Shown here piece by piece: positions 11,001-19,509 of a stretch of 64,000 nt of DNA. Positions within the stretch are counted from its first letter, which is position 1. Every line of letters begins with the position of its first letter. The DNA lies in the NCBI RefSeq assembly GCF_016293645.1, contig NZ_JAEDDW010000002.1. The stretch is one strand, 5' to 3'. The notes below the pieces were generated by a model, which had not been told where the DNA came from, made no database searches, and saw only the letters and a list, made by a program, of their open reading frames with translations. The stretch is from Treponema sp. (GTDB lineage Bacteria; Spirochaetota; Spirochaetia; Treponematales; Treponemataceae). The position numbers were made by a program, and so were the translations under genes.

Positions 11001-13704
11001 TGTTTCAGAAATGAGGGATACTATCTCTGATGTGCAGCGACAGGTAAATGATGCTGTTGACAGTGCAAAGAACACTCTTGAAGTTGTCAGGACCGATACA
11101 AAAGAAAATGCTGAAAAACTTGCGGCATTGCAGGATTCTGTTGATCGTCAGTCTGATGAACTTAAGGAAAGATACGACGGAATGTTCTCTGCAATTCTTG
11201 AGAAGGCAGAAAGTGAAGAAAATTCCGCATATGAGAAATTCAGTGCATTGAGTACTGCCAATCTTGAAAAATACAAGAAGGATGTCCAGGACCGTGTAGA
11301 CCAGATGCATTCTGAAGTCAAGTCAACACTTGGTTCTCTTGACGAACAGTCAAGGACTTACAATGAAGATATTTCACGAACAATTGCTGAACTTCAGGCT
11401 AAATTCCAGGAGGTTCAGGCAAATGCGGAAAATGTTGCTTCCCGCATAGAATCGGAAACTGCAGATCATTCTGCAAAGCTTGATGAATTCTCGGCTGAGA
11501 TGAAATCAAAGCTTCTTGAGATGAATAATACTCTTCTTTCTGTTTCCAGGGAAATCGCTTCTGAGTGTGATGCAAGACAGACAAAGTACCTTGCGGAACT
11601 TGACAGCCAGCTTGGCGACTACAAGAAGGAAATGGAATATCGCTTCAAGAAACTCAATACGGCCGGTGCTGATGTAGATAAACTTGAGTCTTCTTTGAGA
11701 AAGCTTATGGAGCAGAGTCAAAAGAAGGTCATTGGTGACTTTGAAAAATTTACTGAAGCGGCATCAAAGAACCAGAGTGATTTTGAATCTTCTCTTGCTT
11801 CAAAATTCGAAAAGGTGAAGTCGGAACTTGAGACTGTTCAGACATCCCTTGATGAAATAAAGAAGGATTCTGCCGCTAAACTCAGCAGCAAAGTCAAGGT
11901 GTTTGAAGATGCTTTCATCAATGATCTTACAAAGCGTGAGAACGACATTCAGGATAAACTTACAACCTGGAAGAATACTTTTGACAATCAGTTTGAAAAC
12001 TTTACCGATGAATATGAAGAAAAGAGGATGAACATAGAGAAAAACTATGAAGAATCCCTTGCAAAACGCGTTGGTGAACTTCAGAAGAAAACTCAGGAAC
12101 AGGAAAAGAAATTCCAGAGTGCTCTTCTTGCAGGTCAGACCACAATTCAGGAGCAGATCAATTCCGTAAATCAGAGGATCCATGAGTTCATCGAACAGTA
12201 TAGGGCTGAGATCAGAAAGGCAATTGAAAGTGTTGATGGCGATCTTAAGGTTGAGACAGACGAATACAAGCAGCGAATGAATGAAAATCTCGACAAGACT
12301 GAACGTGAACTTAATTCCAGAATCAGTGAGCTTAAGGAAATCCTTACATCCAAGCAGGAAACCCAGTCAGCAACAATTGATACAGCTGTCCAGGAATTCC
12401 AGGAGTGGAAGGTTCGTCTCAAGGATCAGTATGAAGATTATTACCATCAGATTGATGAACAGCTTAAGCTTCTTGCCGAGACAAATGAGCAGAAAATTTC
12501 CGAACTCCAGACTGATTTCTCTTCAGCCGCCAAGAGAGCCGGTGATATTCTCAGCGGTTTTGATAACGACAGCAGAAAGCGCATTGAAGAATTTGATACC
12601 ATGTACAACGAGATGCTGACAAATGTCAAAGCCTATAATGAGGAACAGATAAAAAATGCTGAACTTAAGATAAAAGATCTGAAAAAGTCATTTACTGAAA
12701 AGGCAAATGAATACAAGTCGGCATATCAGGGAGCAACTGACAGGCTCAATGAGGAAACAAACAATCTTCAGAAGAAGGTCGATGACATCAAGAAAAGCAT
12801 CGCAGAATTTGTTTCTGAATCGTCAGCCTTTGAAAGGGCAGACATCCTCAAACGTCAGCTTGATGGCAATATTGAAGATCTTTCAGAAAAGATTGCTTCT
12901 GTCAAAGCATACGATGTCAGGCTGAATGAGCTTGCAAATCAGATCCGTCAGCTTGATCGTCTTGGTGATGATGTCAATTCAAAGCTGAACGCATACAGTG
13001 CGGATCAGTCCAGGATCGACAGTATTGAATATAAATTCAACAATCTTCTTGAGCTTTCAAATGGAATCGATGCAAAGCTTCTTGAGGTTCAGAAGATAAA
13101 TGATGAATTCATCAATATGCAGATGACAATGCACAAATATAATGAATCCATGGGCAACATGGAATCCAAATTTGACCGCATTGAGAAAAAGAGTGAGACT
13201 GTCGACCGCGTTGCCGAAGCTGTAGACAATTCATTCAAGAACATCAACAGCCTTGAAAAACGTCTTGATGAGTACTCAGGAAAATTCAAGGACCTTCCTG
13301 GTGAAATGGAAAAGATCAAGAAGAATATGGATTCCATCATCAAGAATGGTGAGAGAATCAATGAAGCTGTCGATAAGATAAGTTCATTGCAGAGCATCAT
13401 CAAGGAAGTTGAAAGTCAGATGGATGGAATTGAAAATTCCAAGAAGGGATTTACCGCCACTGAAGAGAGACTCCAGAAGCTTTATAATGACACTGAAAAT
13501 CAGATCAACCTTCTTCATTCAATTTCCATGAAGGATACAGGAAAGAAAAAGTCGTCATCTTCAAGCAGTGGAATTTCACCACAGACAAGAGCAAGTGTGA
13601 TCAGCTTGAAGAAGAGGGGATGGGATAATTCTGAAATTGCAAGAAGCCTTAAGATTGAGGAAAATCTAGTTTCTGTTATCCTTGAGCTTGGTACTGATGA
13701 ATAA
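8041..13704 (+). CDS. Giant membrane-anchored coiled-coil protein (spirochaete SpiroCoCo-like) with C-terminal HTH-like domain
   Basis: 1887 aa; GTG start; N-terminal TM; about 1800 aa of E/K/D/L-rich heptad/hendecad helix; C-terminal LKKRGWDNSEIARSLKI. Confidence 0.8.
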   Translation: MFIVGIIISVVLSAVISFIIRQVDKNENQMEKVKNYADKRKKEFDDYFNGQIDSQNFIVNELKTKEIETEAAIRKMDQQIQLCKEVTESFENPIQSVENIENKIKAYDTVLKNLMEMTAAVEQNLASVKNETILIDKVNDRLNKQQKAAQILEDKVSDIMNKFSSKNAEQLKSIGEDLLKAFEDRAEEVEKTTDLAKRQNEAIMQKIEDDIRNAYSTAIENAKKLEDESFSQLQEESKQRIDDCLNELNIQSKQITAMIDSRIEETQKALNEKTQELSDAFREYSAGLENKFKEKAENMQQLLDARTNVLSESWQKKISSLEEDLNERSEGFDSLLDNECTSLKNNLDSRIGELVSIVDSKTGGLEEALGSKIQDLTERVENATSSMDSLVDEKINLFNDRITNDIADIENKLTSETSTMSNEIYEKINDVRSELDNSTYELREQYSGRISEFKDNLENSTSGIEDRVYEKIGDLNSKIDDGLSRLENEYTTRADELERNLDQRLTTMGADFNQKTVDFDRIFTERSAAFEEKTTAFENAVKEKTDRINYSLDTNASEFTEKLNSKIEELENALAEKTGNLDVVFHDRTKSLESDFNAKTEGLTKGLEEKYADMVGSIDSRLKEITKNYEDRMLELDQKFNDTSSSVIHLFEDKNRELEGAYDLKSKSLKEALETITDQTESEMKEKSQKLIVLFNEKSAALDAKLKQKISSVDEDIDKNFDELADKLKQKTTAANTNLDKSISKIETEIKQRTTSLNTNFTDKADAVDALIRKKLEELNNRALSISTDIKNRTDSLEDDVRKKLNTLTEDVKEQTAQAVEKYRETTSSYTQDIESRTDVLRKELAERTENLERQLRERTGEIEQKLAALVDNVENQTSGAMEQYKITTSEYTSRIEDQTNSLKNELENKSRVLEELIEANARALAEKTSGLEQEINDRTQAAKEDAERIIESIKESLALSAESARRDAESQIEGVRNTFADNADRLVSEMRDTISDVQRQVNDAVDSAKNTLEVVRTDTKENAEKLAALQDSVDRQSDELKERYDGMFSAILEKAESEENSAYEKFSALSTANLEKYKKDVQDRVDQMHSEVKSTLGSLDEQSRTYNEDISRTIAELQAKFQEVQANAENVASRIESETADHSAKLDEFSAEMKSKLLEMNNTLLSVSREIASECDARQTKYLAELDSQLGDYKKEMEYRFKKLNTAGADVDKLESSLRKLMEQSQKKVIGDFEKFTEAASKNQSDFESSLASKFEKVKSELETVQTSLDEIKKDSAAKLSSKVKVFEDAFINDLTKRENDIQDKLTTWKNTFDNQFENFTDEYEEKRMNIEKNYEESLAKRVGELQKKTQEQEKKFQSALLAGQTTIQEQINSVNQRIHEFIEQYRAEIRKAIESVDGDLKVETDEYKQRMNENLDKTERELNSRISELKEILTSKQETQSATIDTAVQEFQEWKVRLKDQYEDYYHQIDEQLKLLAETNEQKISELQTDFSSAAKRAGDILSGFDNDSRKRIEEFDTMYNEMLTNVKAYNEEQIKNAELKIKDLKKSFTEKANEYKSAYQGATDRLNEETNNLQKKVDDIKKSIAEFVSESSAFERADILKRQLDGNIEDLSEKIASVKAYDVRLNELANQIRQLDRLGDDVNSKLNAYSADQSRIDSIEYKFNNLLELSNGIDAKLLEVQKINDEFINMQMTMHKYNESMGNMESKFDRIEKKSETVDRVAEAVDNSFKNINSLEKRLDEYSGKFKDLPGEMEKIKKNMDSIIKNGERINEAVDKISSLQSIIKEVESQMDGIENSKKGFTATEERLQKLYNDTENQINLLHSISMKDTGKKKSSSSSSGISPQTRASVISLKKRGWDNSEIARSLKIEENLVSVILELGTDE

Positions 13705-13713
13705 GTTTTAAGT

Positions 13714-13872
13714 TAAAAAAAGGGGATGTCCAATAAGTATTCTGCATAGGGTCATTGCATATGGCGGCGGAGCTTCCATAAAGCCGCTCTGTCGAAATGA
13801 CCATCCCACTACATGTGGGGGCTTCGACACGCTCAGCCACCCTGATGTATACTTTTGTAACATTCCCTTTTT
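13714..13872. repeat. Structured intergenic element with imperfect terminal inverted repeats (MITE/REP-like)
   Basis: AAAAAGGGGATGTCCAATAAGTAT ... ATACTTTTGTAACATTCCCTTTTT ends; nested stems GGTCATT/AATGACC, GCGGC/GCCGC and CCCAC/GTGGG; lies between convergent genes. Confidence 0.6.
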
Positions 13873-15046
13873 ATTTTGTAAGCAGACAGACGCAGTAAGC
13901 CTTGATGGCATTTCCCTGGCCCACGGAATCCTGTTTTTCATTGGTTTTTGCCTTCACAAAAATGCGGCATTCATCAACGTCGAGAGTTTCTGCAATCGAT
14001 CCGATTACTTTCTCACGCCATGGAAGAAATTTTGGCTTTTCTGTTTCAACAACACAGTCAAGGTTGTTCAGCGTCCATCCTTCTGCACGGACATCACTCC
14101 AGATTTTTTTCAATAAATCCTTCGAGTCGGCGTCTTTCCATTTCGCTTCTTTCGGTGGAAAATAGGAACCGATATCGCCTAGACCTGCCGCACCAAGAAG
14201 CGCATCGCTGATTGCGTGGAGAAGTACATCTCCGTCAGAGTGTCCTTCCTCTCCTTTTTCGGAAGGAATCTCAATTCCGCCAAGATAAAATTTTCTGCCT
14301 GCCACAAGTCTGTGCAGATCTGTGCCCATTCCGATTTTAATCATGCTACCATCATCCTTAATATCACTGGCAAAAGTAATTTTTTTGTTTTCCTTGCTTC
14401 CTTCAACGACATGTACTTTTCTGCCATCCGTAAACTCTGGAAAACTATCCCAGATTTCCGTGTCATCGGTATATTCGTGATTGTTTTCTGCCGCTTTGGA
14501 ATGGCATTCAAGAAGAGGTCCAAGTTCAAAAGCCTGCGGTGTCTGGACTGCGCAAAGATCCTTACGGACAAGATGTCTTGCGATAGTTCCGTCTGGATTG
14601 ATTTCTTTCTGCGTATCAACAGGAGCAATTGCAGGAACCGATGCTCCATGTTCTGCTGCCGATGAGATTACGTTTTTAATTATTTGTGCTGAAACAAATG
14701 GACGTGCCGCATCATGGATAAGGACAATAGAATCCTTGTCGTCGATCGTCATGAGCGCATTATAAACTGAAGACTGCCTTGTGGGGCCGCCTTCAACAAA
14801 GAGGACACAGGTGTTTCCCGTCAGTTTTTTTATTTCAGGGTCAGCATAAAAAGCCTTCTGTGCGTCTTCTTTGCCATCTTTTGGAATTGCGACTACTATG
14901 GTTGAAAAAGGTGCTGATTCTAAAAAAATACGGGCGGAACAAGATAATACCGTTCCGCCTCCCAGCTGTAAATATTCTTTTTTCTTGCCAAGGCCCATCC
15001 TTGAGGATGAGCCCGCAGCTGCAAGAACAAGTGCAAGTGATTTCAA
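13871..15046 (-). CDS. ispDF: Bifunctional IspD/IspF (MEP pathway)
   Basis: AAAGSSSRMG..K, HDAARP, QTPQ and TDD (IspD); DLH and GHSDGDVLLHA (IspF). Confidence 0.95.
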   Translation of the reverse strand: MKSLALVLAAAGSSSRMGLGKKKEYLQLGGGTVLSCSARIFLESAPFSTIVVAIPKDGKEDAQKAFYADPEIKKLTGNTCVLFVEGGPTRQSSVYNALMTIDDKDSIVLIHDAARPFVSAQIIKNVISSAAEHGASVPAIAPVDTQKEINPDGTIARHLVRKDLCAVQTPQAFELGPLLECHSKAAENNHEYTDDTEIWDSFPEFTDGRKVHVVEGSKENKKITFASDIKDDGSMIKIGMGTDLHRLVAGRKFYLGGIEIPSEKGEEGHSDGDVLLHAISDALLGAAGLGDIGSYFPPKEAKWKDADSKDLLKKIWSDVRAEGWTLNNLDCVVETEKPKFLPWREKVIGSIAETLDVDECRIFVKAKTNEKQDSVGQGNAIKAYCVCLLTK

Positions 15047-15049
15047 GAA

Positions 15050-15658
15050 TTAATCCTCGTCATCATCGTCATTGTCTTTTGATGAAGATGTATCTTCTTC
15101 AAATTCATCCTCATCATCTTCATCTTCTGTAAATGTCTGCTTCTTTTCAATCTTAAGTCCAAGAGGCTCAAGTTTTGCATGGAGCATTACTTCAACTTCC
15201 TTTGGAGTGATTCCGTATGCTTCAGCAATTTCATTTTCAAGAAGTGTCTTGGCATTTTCGTAGAGCTTACGTTCAAGGATTGGAAGTTCCTTTACCTTTG
15301 AACGGTGGTACAGACAGCGTACAATGGCAGCAATGTCACCAACTGTTCCTTTCTTGAGAAGGTCAAGATTCTGCTGGTAGCGGAGCTTCCAGTCTGATGT
15401 TGGCGGCTCGTAGTCGTCACTGATGGATTCAAGAGCCTTTTTGGCTTCTGCTTTTGAAACAATTGCACGGATACCAAGGAGCTTTGCGTTGTCTACAGGC
15501 ACAATGACGTTCATGTCGGAAACTTCAATGTAGATTTTGTAGTGGTATACCATCTCACCTTTGAATTCACGCTTGAAAACATCGATGATCTTACCAACGC
15601 CCTGGCTTGGGTAAACAATTGTCTGGTTTACTGAAAATTCTGTCTTTGGTTTTGCCAT
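15050..15658 (-). CDS. carD: CarD family transcriptional regulator
   Basis: VYPSQGVGKI, GIRAIVS and W.LRY motifs; acidic tail. Start reassigned to ATG 15658, downstream of a TTGAAA-17-TATAAT promoter (15696-15668). Confidence 0.92.
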   Translation of the reverse strand: MAKPKTEFSVNQTIVYPSQGVGKIIDVFKREFKGEMVYHYKIYIEVSDMNVIVPVDNAKLLGIRAIVSKAEAKKALESISDDYEPPTSDWKLRYQQNLDLLKKGTVGDIAAIVRCLYHRSKVKELPILERKLYENAKTLLENEIAEAYGITPKEVEVMLHAKLEPLGLKIEKKQTFTEDEDDEDEFEEDTSSSKDNDDDDED

Positions 15659-15697
15659 GATTTTACTATTATACCACAATCACGGCGAAATTTCAAT

Positions 15698-16780
15698 TCA
15701 GTTCTTGCAGGCTACGGCGTGGAGAATTGTTTTCCTGATGTCTTCGTCATACCAGGTGCAGGTTGTTCTGTTGAAGAAACCGAATGATTCCGCCGGGTTT
15801 TCCTCGTTCATTGCGATTCCGTTGTCCCAAAGAATTGAATAGATTCCTTTTGAGTAGGATTCCTTCACGTAGTAGTCAAACCAGACCATGCGGTCGGCCT
15901 TGTTGTTCTTGTTTGTTGCACCGTATTCACCGATGATCACAGGATGTCCCCTGTCGATGAATTCCGACTTTAGCCTGTTGAAGTAGTAGTCGATGTCGCT
16001 CTTGGTCTGCATTGTGAAATCACAGTAACCGCCTTCACCGCAGTTCATTGCAAAGTTGTATGGTGTATACATATGTACAGAAAGAGCGATTTTTTCTTTG
16101 TTGCCCTCAATGTCTGCAGGAAATTCAAATGCGCTGTTGAAGGCTGCATCAGGAGAAGCTACATAAGACGGAACCATGATAAGGCGGCTCTTGTTTGTTC
16201 CGCCTGCGGAACGAATTGCCTGGACAGCACGCTGATTAAGGATTTTGATCATTTCCATGGCTTCAAGGCATTTTGGATTTTCCGGATTGTAGTTCCACTC
16301 ATCCGGTGTCCCTCTGAGACGGGGTTCGTTGAGGGTTTCAAAAATCACATTTTCGTATCTGTCATCTGCGAAAGCTTCTGCGATCTGTGTCCAGATTCTG
16401 CTTACGAATTCAACTGACTTATCCTTTGCTTTAAGTGAAGGGTAATATCCCTGGAAGGCATAGACAATGTTGTCATTTATATAGTTGTCGTGATGGATGT
16501 TGAGGATCACGTAAAGGTTGTTTTCCATACACCAGTCCACGATTGTCTTTACGCGGTTCATCCATTGTTCGTTGATTTCATAGTCGACGTTTACATGGGG
16601 AGTCCAGCTTACTGGAAGACGGATGGTCTTGATTCCGCTTCTGGCAAGTCCGTCAATCATTTCTTTAGTAGTCATTGGCTGACCCCAGCTGGTTTCTGTG
16701 TTTTCAGGCTGATTGATAAAAGAGTCTGCGTTGTGGGCATCAAGTGTGTTTCCTAAGTTCCATCCTGTTCCTAAATCCAT
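15698..16780 (-). CDS. Glycoside hydrolase family 5 (endoglucanase-like), no signal peptide
   Basis: GWNLGNTLDA, IRLPVSW, LNIHHD, acid/base NEP, HMY, nucleophile IGEYG, WDNG; AAGGAG RBS 6 nt before ATG 16780. Confidence 0.9.
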   Translation of the reverse strand: MDLGTGWNLGNTLDAHNADSFINQPENTETSWGQPMTTKEMIDGLARSGIKTIRLPVSWTPHVNVDYEINEQWMNRVKTIVDWCMENNLYVILNIHHDNYINDNIVYAFQGYYPSLKAKDKSVEFVSRIWTQIAEAFADDRYENVIFETLNEPRLRGTPDEWNYNPENPKCLEAMEMIKILNQRAVQAIRSAGGTNKSRLIMVPSYVASPDAAFNSAFEFPADIEGNKEKIALSVHMYTPYNFAMNCGEGGYCDFTMQTKSDIDYYFNRLKSEFIDRGHPVIIGEYGATNKNNKADRMVWFDYYVKESYSKGIYSILWDNGIAMNEENPAESFGFFNRTTCTWYDEDIRKTILHAVACKN

Positions 16781-16904
16781 GGTGATCTCCTTTTTGCTGG
16801 GGGTTGCTGCGTCATGATTAACGCTGTACTGGTTTGAATATAATGCAAAGTGGATGCTGAGAGTACAAAATTTATGTTTAATATGTAAAAAAAATTGAAA
16901 ATAC

Positions 16905-16936
16905 AAAAAAAAATCCCGCACTGATGGGGGCGGGAC
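16905..16936 (-). terminator. Intrinsic terminator
   Basis: On the minus strand, TCCCGC-loop-GCGGGA followed by a T9 tract. Confidence 0.75.
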
Positions 16937-16952
16937 ATTTTCAAGGCTGACC

Positions 16953-17927
16953 TCAGTTGAACAGGTCAAGACTGCTGTCTATCCAGCGGCGCGTAAGTTC
17001 CGGATATGTATCCTCAAGTGCGAGGAATCTTGTAAGTGCTGCAGGAAAGTTTCCTGTATAATAGTATGATTCACCAAGATAGAAGCTTGCCCTGTCTGCA
17101 ACGGATTTTGTTCTGTTCTGTGCAAGGAAGTTTCTCAATGCGGTGATGGATTCCGTGTACTGTTTCTTGATGAAATATGTCTTGAGAATTTCAAAAAGAA
17201 GATATTCGTCTCCTCCAGCAGGGCTTACCAGATCCTCTTCAAAGATGTGTACCGGGAGAGGATCCCTTTTGTATGTACCGGAACCCTTTATCAAAGTCTT
17301 TGCTTTTTCCTTTGACTGGTTTGAAATAGTGCTTTCATGTGCCGGTTTTTCATCTAGGACATCAATATACGGAAGGGGAGTTTCCCTCAGTTCTCCATTT
17401 TTGTATTCCTTTACGGTAGGTTCTCTTTTCTGGATTACGGTCTTGTTGCTTCTGTTTTTTGATGTCTTGATGCGTGCTCCGTTTACTGTTGCGTTTACAC
17501 CAGGCAGAACTGTCTTGATGATGGTCTCGTCTGACCTGCTTTCTGCTGAATCATCAATCTGTTCATCATAATAAAGTCCGGGATTGCTTCTTTTTGAAGG
17601 GGAAACTACAGTAATGATTGCGTAATAATATTCCTGGCTGGTCCTCAGAGAATCAGTGTATGATGTTTCATCACCATTGAGTATGGCAACAGGTTCCATG
17701 TTTTCAATCTGTGTCCAGCTGGTCAAAGGTTGCTTTTCACGGTACACAAGGAAAGTAGATACGGAAGAGGAGTCTTCCGGTGATTCCCAGCTGACTGTTA
17801 CTGTCTTCCCGGATGTAGATTCGGCGTTGATTCCTGTAACAACATTTTTTGTAGACTGAGCTACAGCCTGTGAAACTGAAAGTAATATGGAAGAAATAAA
17901 GCAAAGTGCACGTATTCTGTTTGTCAT
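16953..17927 (-). CDS. Exported protein with Fn3-like N-domain and C-terminal TPR
   Basis: Signal peptide; VTVSW...FLVYR...SYTD...YYYAI Fn3 pattern; ASFYLGESYYY TPR. Start moved to ATG 17927 from promoter geometry. Confidence 0.75.
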   Translation of the reverse strand: MTNRIRALCFISSILLSVSQAVAQSTKNVVTGINAESTSGKTVTVSWESPEDSSSVSTFLVYREKQPLTSWTQIENMEPVAILNGDETSYTDSLRTSQEYYYAIITVVSPSKRSNPGLYYDEQIDDSAESRSDETIIKTVLPGVNATVNGARIKTSKNRSNKTVIQKREPTVKEYKNGELRETPLPYIDVLDEKPAHESTISNQSKEKAKTLIKGSGTYKRDPLPVHIFEEDLVSPAGGDEYLLFEILKTYFIKKQYTESITALRNFLAQNRTKSVADRASFYLGESYYYTGNFPAALTRFLALEDTYPELTRRWIDSSLDLFN

Positions 17928-17934
17928 AATGTTC

Positions 17935-17985
17935 ATTTTAGGGCAACTTACTCTGTTTGACAATAGATGTTCTTTCAATTATCCT
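17935..17985. promoter_or_regulatory. Bidirectional promoter with overlapping -35 boxes
   Basis: Plus strand: TTGACA 17957-62, 17 bp, TATCCT 17980-85. Minus strand: TTGTCA 17963-58, 17 bp, TAAAAT 17940-35. Each -10 is 7 nt from an ATG. Confidence 0.65.
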
Positions 17986-17992
17986 ATTTAAC

Positions 17993-18280
17993 ATGTTTGT
18001 TTCTGTTATGATTGAACCGGGAAGCCTTGACAGCGGCAAATCACTGGTTGATATTCTCACGAGATATGGGTTTACAAAAATTCAGCGTTCCTGCTGGGAA
18101 TGTATGAAAGTCCGCGAGGATGAACTGTCAAATCTAAAAAAGGATCTGGACCGTGTGACTGATTATTATGACAAGCTTAGAATCTATCAGTTTCCTATCA
18201 ACGGTCTCTTTGTCATTACGGAAATGAAACAGAAAAAATGGCGCAAGTGTCAGTTCAGCGGAAGTGCTCCTTCAAGATAA
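17993..18280 (+). CDS. Stand-alone Cas2/VapD-like ferredoxin-fold protein
   Basis: 95 aa; MFVSVMIE...L.RYGFTKIQRSCWEC...L..L...D.LRIYQF follows the Cas2 pattern (YG.RVQ.SVFEC ... D.LRIY); no cas1 or array nearby. Confidence 0.65.
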   Translation: MFVSVMIEPGSLDSGKSLVDILTRYGFTKIQRSCWECMKVREDELSNLKKDLDRVTDYYDKLRIYQFPINGLFVITEMKQKKWRKCQFSGSAPSR

Positions 18281-18369
18281 AACAGCTGAAGAAAAAGACA
18301 ATGCAGATGGATGTGCCTCTGAAAAATGGAACTCAGGGGCCATGAAGATTTTAAAAATGAGGCCTATAT

Positions 18370-19509
18370 ATGGTAGAAGATTATCAGGAACCAATTTCAC
18401 AGCTTAAAGAAAACATTCTCTCCGTATGGGGAAAACTTGATGTTGATGACATAAACAGAAAAATTGCTGAAAAAGAAGAGCTTTCAAATGCTCCGGGATT
18501 CTGGGATGACAATGCGAAAGCTACTAAAGTAATGAATGACATAAAACTTCTCAAGGGAAGAATCGAACCATGGCAGAAACTTGTAGCTGACATCGATGAC
18601 ATTGAGACAATGTACCAGATGGCTTTGGAAGAAAATGACCAGGCCCTTGAAGCTGAACTGAAGGAAATGTACGAGGCTGCAAACAAGGATTATGATCATT
18701 ACAGCATTCTCAATCTTTTGAGTGATGAAGTTGATAAAAACGACTGCTTTCTTTCTGTACATGCCGGGGCAGGCGGAACTGAAGCATGTGACTGGACTTT
18801 CATGCTGAGCCGAATGTATCAGAGATGGGCGGAACGCCATGGATACAAAATTGAAGTTGTATCTGAAGAAGAAGCTGAAGGCGGTCTCAAATCGATAAAT
18901 ATGAGGATTTCAGGAGACTATGTTTATGGCTTTACAAAAGGTGAGGCCGGAGTTCATCGTCTGGTTCGTATATCTCCATTTGATGCCAATGCACGCCGTC
19001 ATACTTCTTTTGCCTCTGTGTATGTTTTCCCGGTTCTCGATGACAATATTGAAGTCAATATTGATCCTAAGGATCTTCGTGTAGATACATACCGTTCTGG
19101 CGGCAAGGGTGGTCAGCATGTAAACAAGACAGAATCAGCTGTTCGATTTACCCATATTCCGACCGGAATTGTTGTTGCCTGTGACAGTGAAAGATCTCAG
19201 CTTATGAACCGTGCTACTGCAATGAGTATTCTCCGTTCAAGATTGTACGAGTACTACAAGGAACAGAAAGAAAAGGAAAATTCAAAATTTGCCGGCGAAA
19301 AGAAAGACATTTCCTTTGGAAGCCAGATCCGCTCATATGTTTTCCAGCCTTATACGATGGTAAATGATCATCGCACAAAACTTAAAGTAGGAAATATTCA
19401 GGATGTCATGGACGGAAACATAGATCCGTTCCTCGATGCATTCCTTTCGGCAAAATGGAAAGGGTTGTCTCTTACTCCAGATGAAGATGACATGGATGAT
19501 GTTGAATAG
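18370..19509 (+). CDS. prfB: Peptide chain release factor 2 (continuous ORF, no frameshift)
   Basis: GAGGTEA, RISPFD (SPF specificity motif), GGQHVNKTESAVR, GSQIRSY. Confidence 0.97.
   Translation: MVEDYQEPISQLKENILSVWGKLDVDDINRKIAEKEELSNAPGFWDDNAKATKVMNDIKLLKGRIEPWQKLVADIDDIETMYQMALEENDQALEAELKEMYEAANKDYDHYSILNLLSDEVDKNDCFLSVHAGAGGTEACDWTFMLSRMYQRWAERHGYKIEVVSEEEAEGGLKSINMRISGDYVYGFTKGEAGVHRLVRISPFDANARRHTSFASVYVFPVLDDNIEVNIDPKDLRVDTYRSGGKGGQHVNKTESAVRFTHIPTGIVVACDSERSQLMNRATAMSILRSRLYEYYKEQKEKENSKFAGEKKDISFGSQIRSYVFQPYTMVNDHRTKLKVGNIQDVMDGNIDPFLDAFLSAKWKGLSLTPDEDDMDDVE

Noticed and set aside
8041..13704. SMC ATPase or phage tape-measure identity for the giant coiled coil
   Set aside because: No Walker A/B or hinge motifs and no phage genes nearby
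13708..13941. 77-aa minus-strand ORF across the intergenic element
   Set aside because: Overlaps ispDF out of frame and runs through a structured repeat; no RBS or motif
16781..16969. N-terminal extension of the GH5 ORF, or a -1 frameshift from the upstream ATG at 16815
   Set aside because: The extension crosses a terminator and AT-rich promoter DNA; the A-run has only 5 As, so it is not A-AAA-AAG; a good SD supports ATG 16780
16780..18370. CRISPR array or cas operon around the Cas2-like gene
   Set aside because: No regularly spaced direct repeats and no cas1 or effector genes seen anywhere in the window
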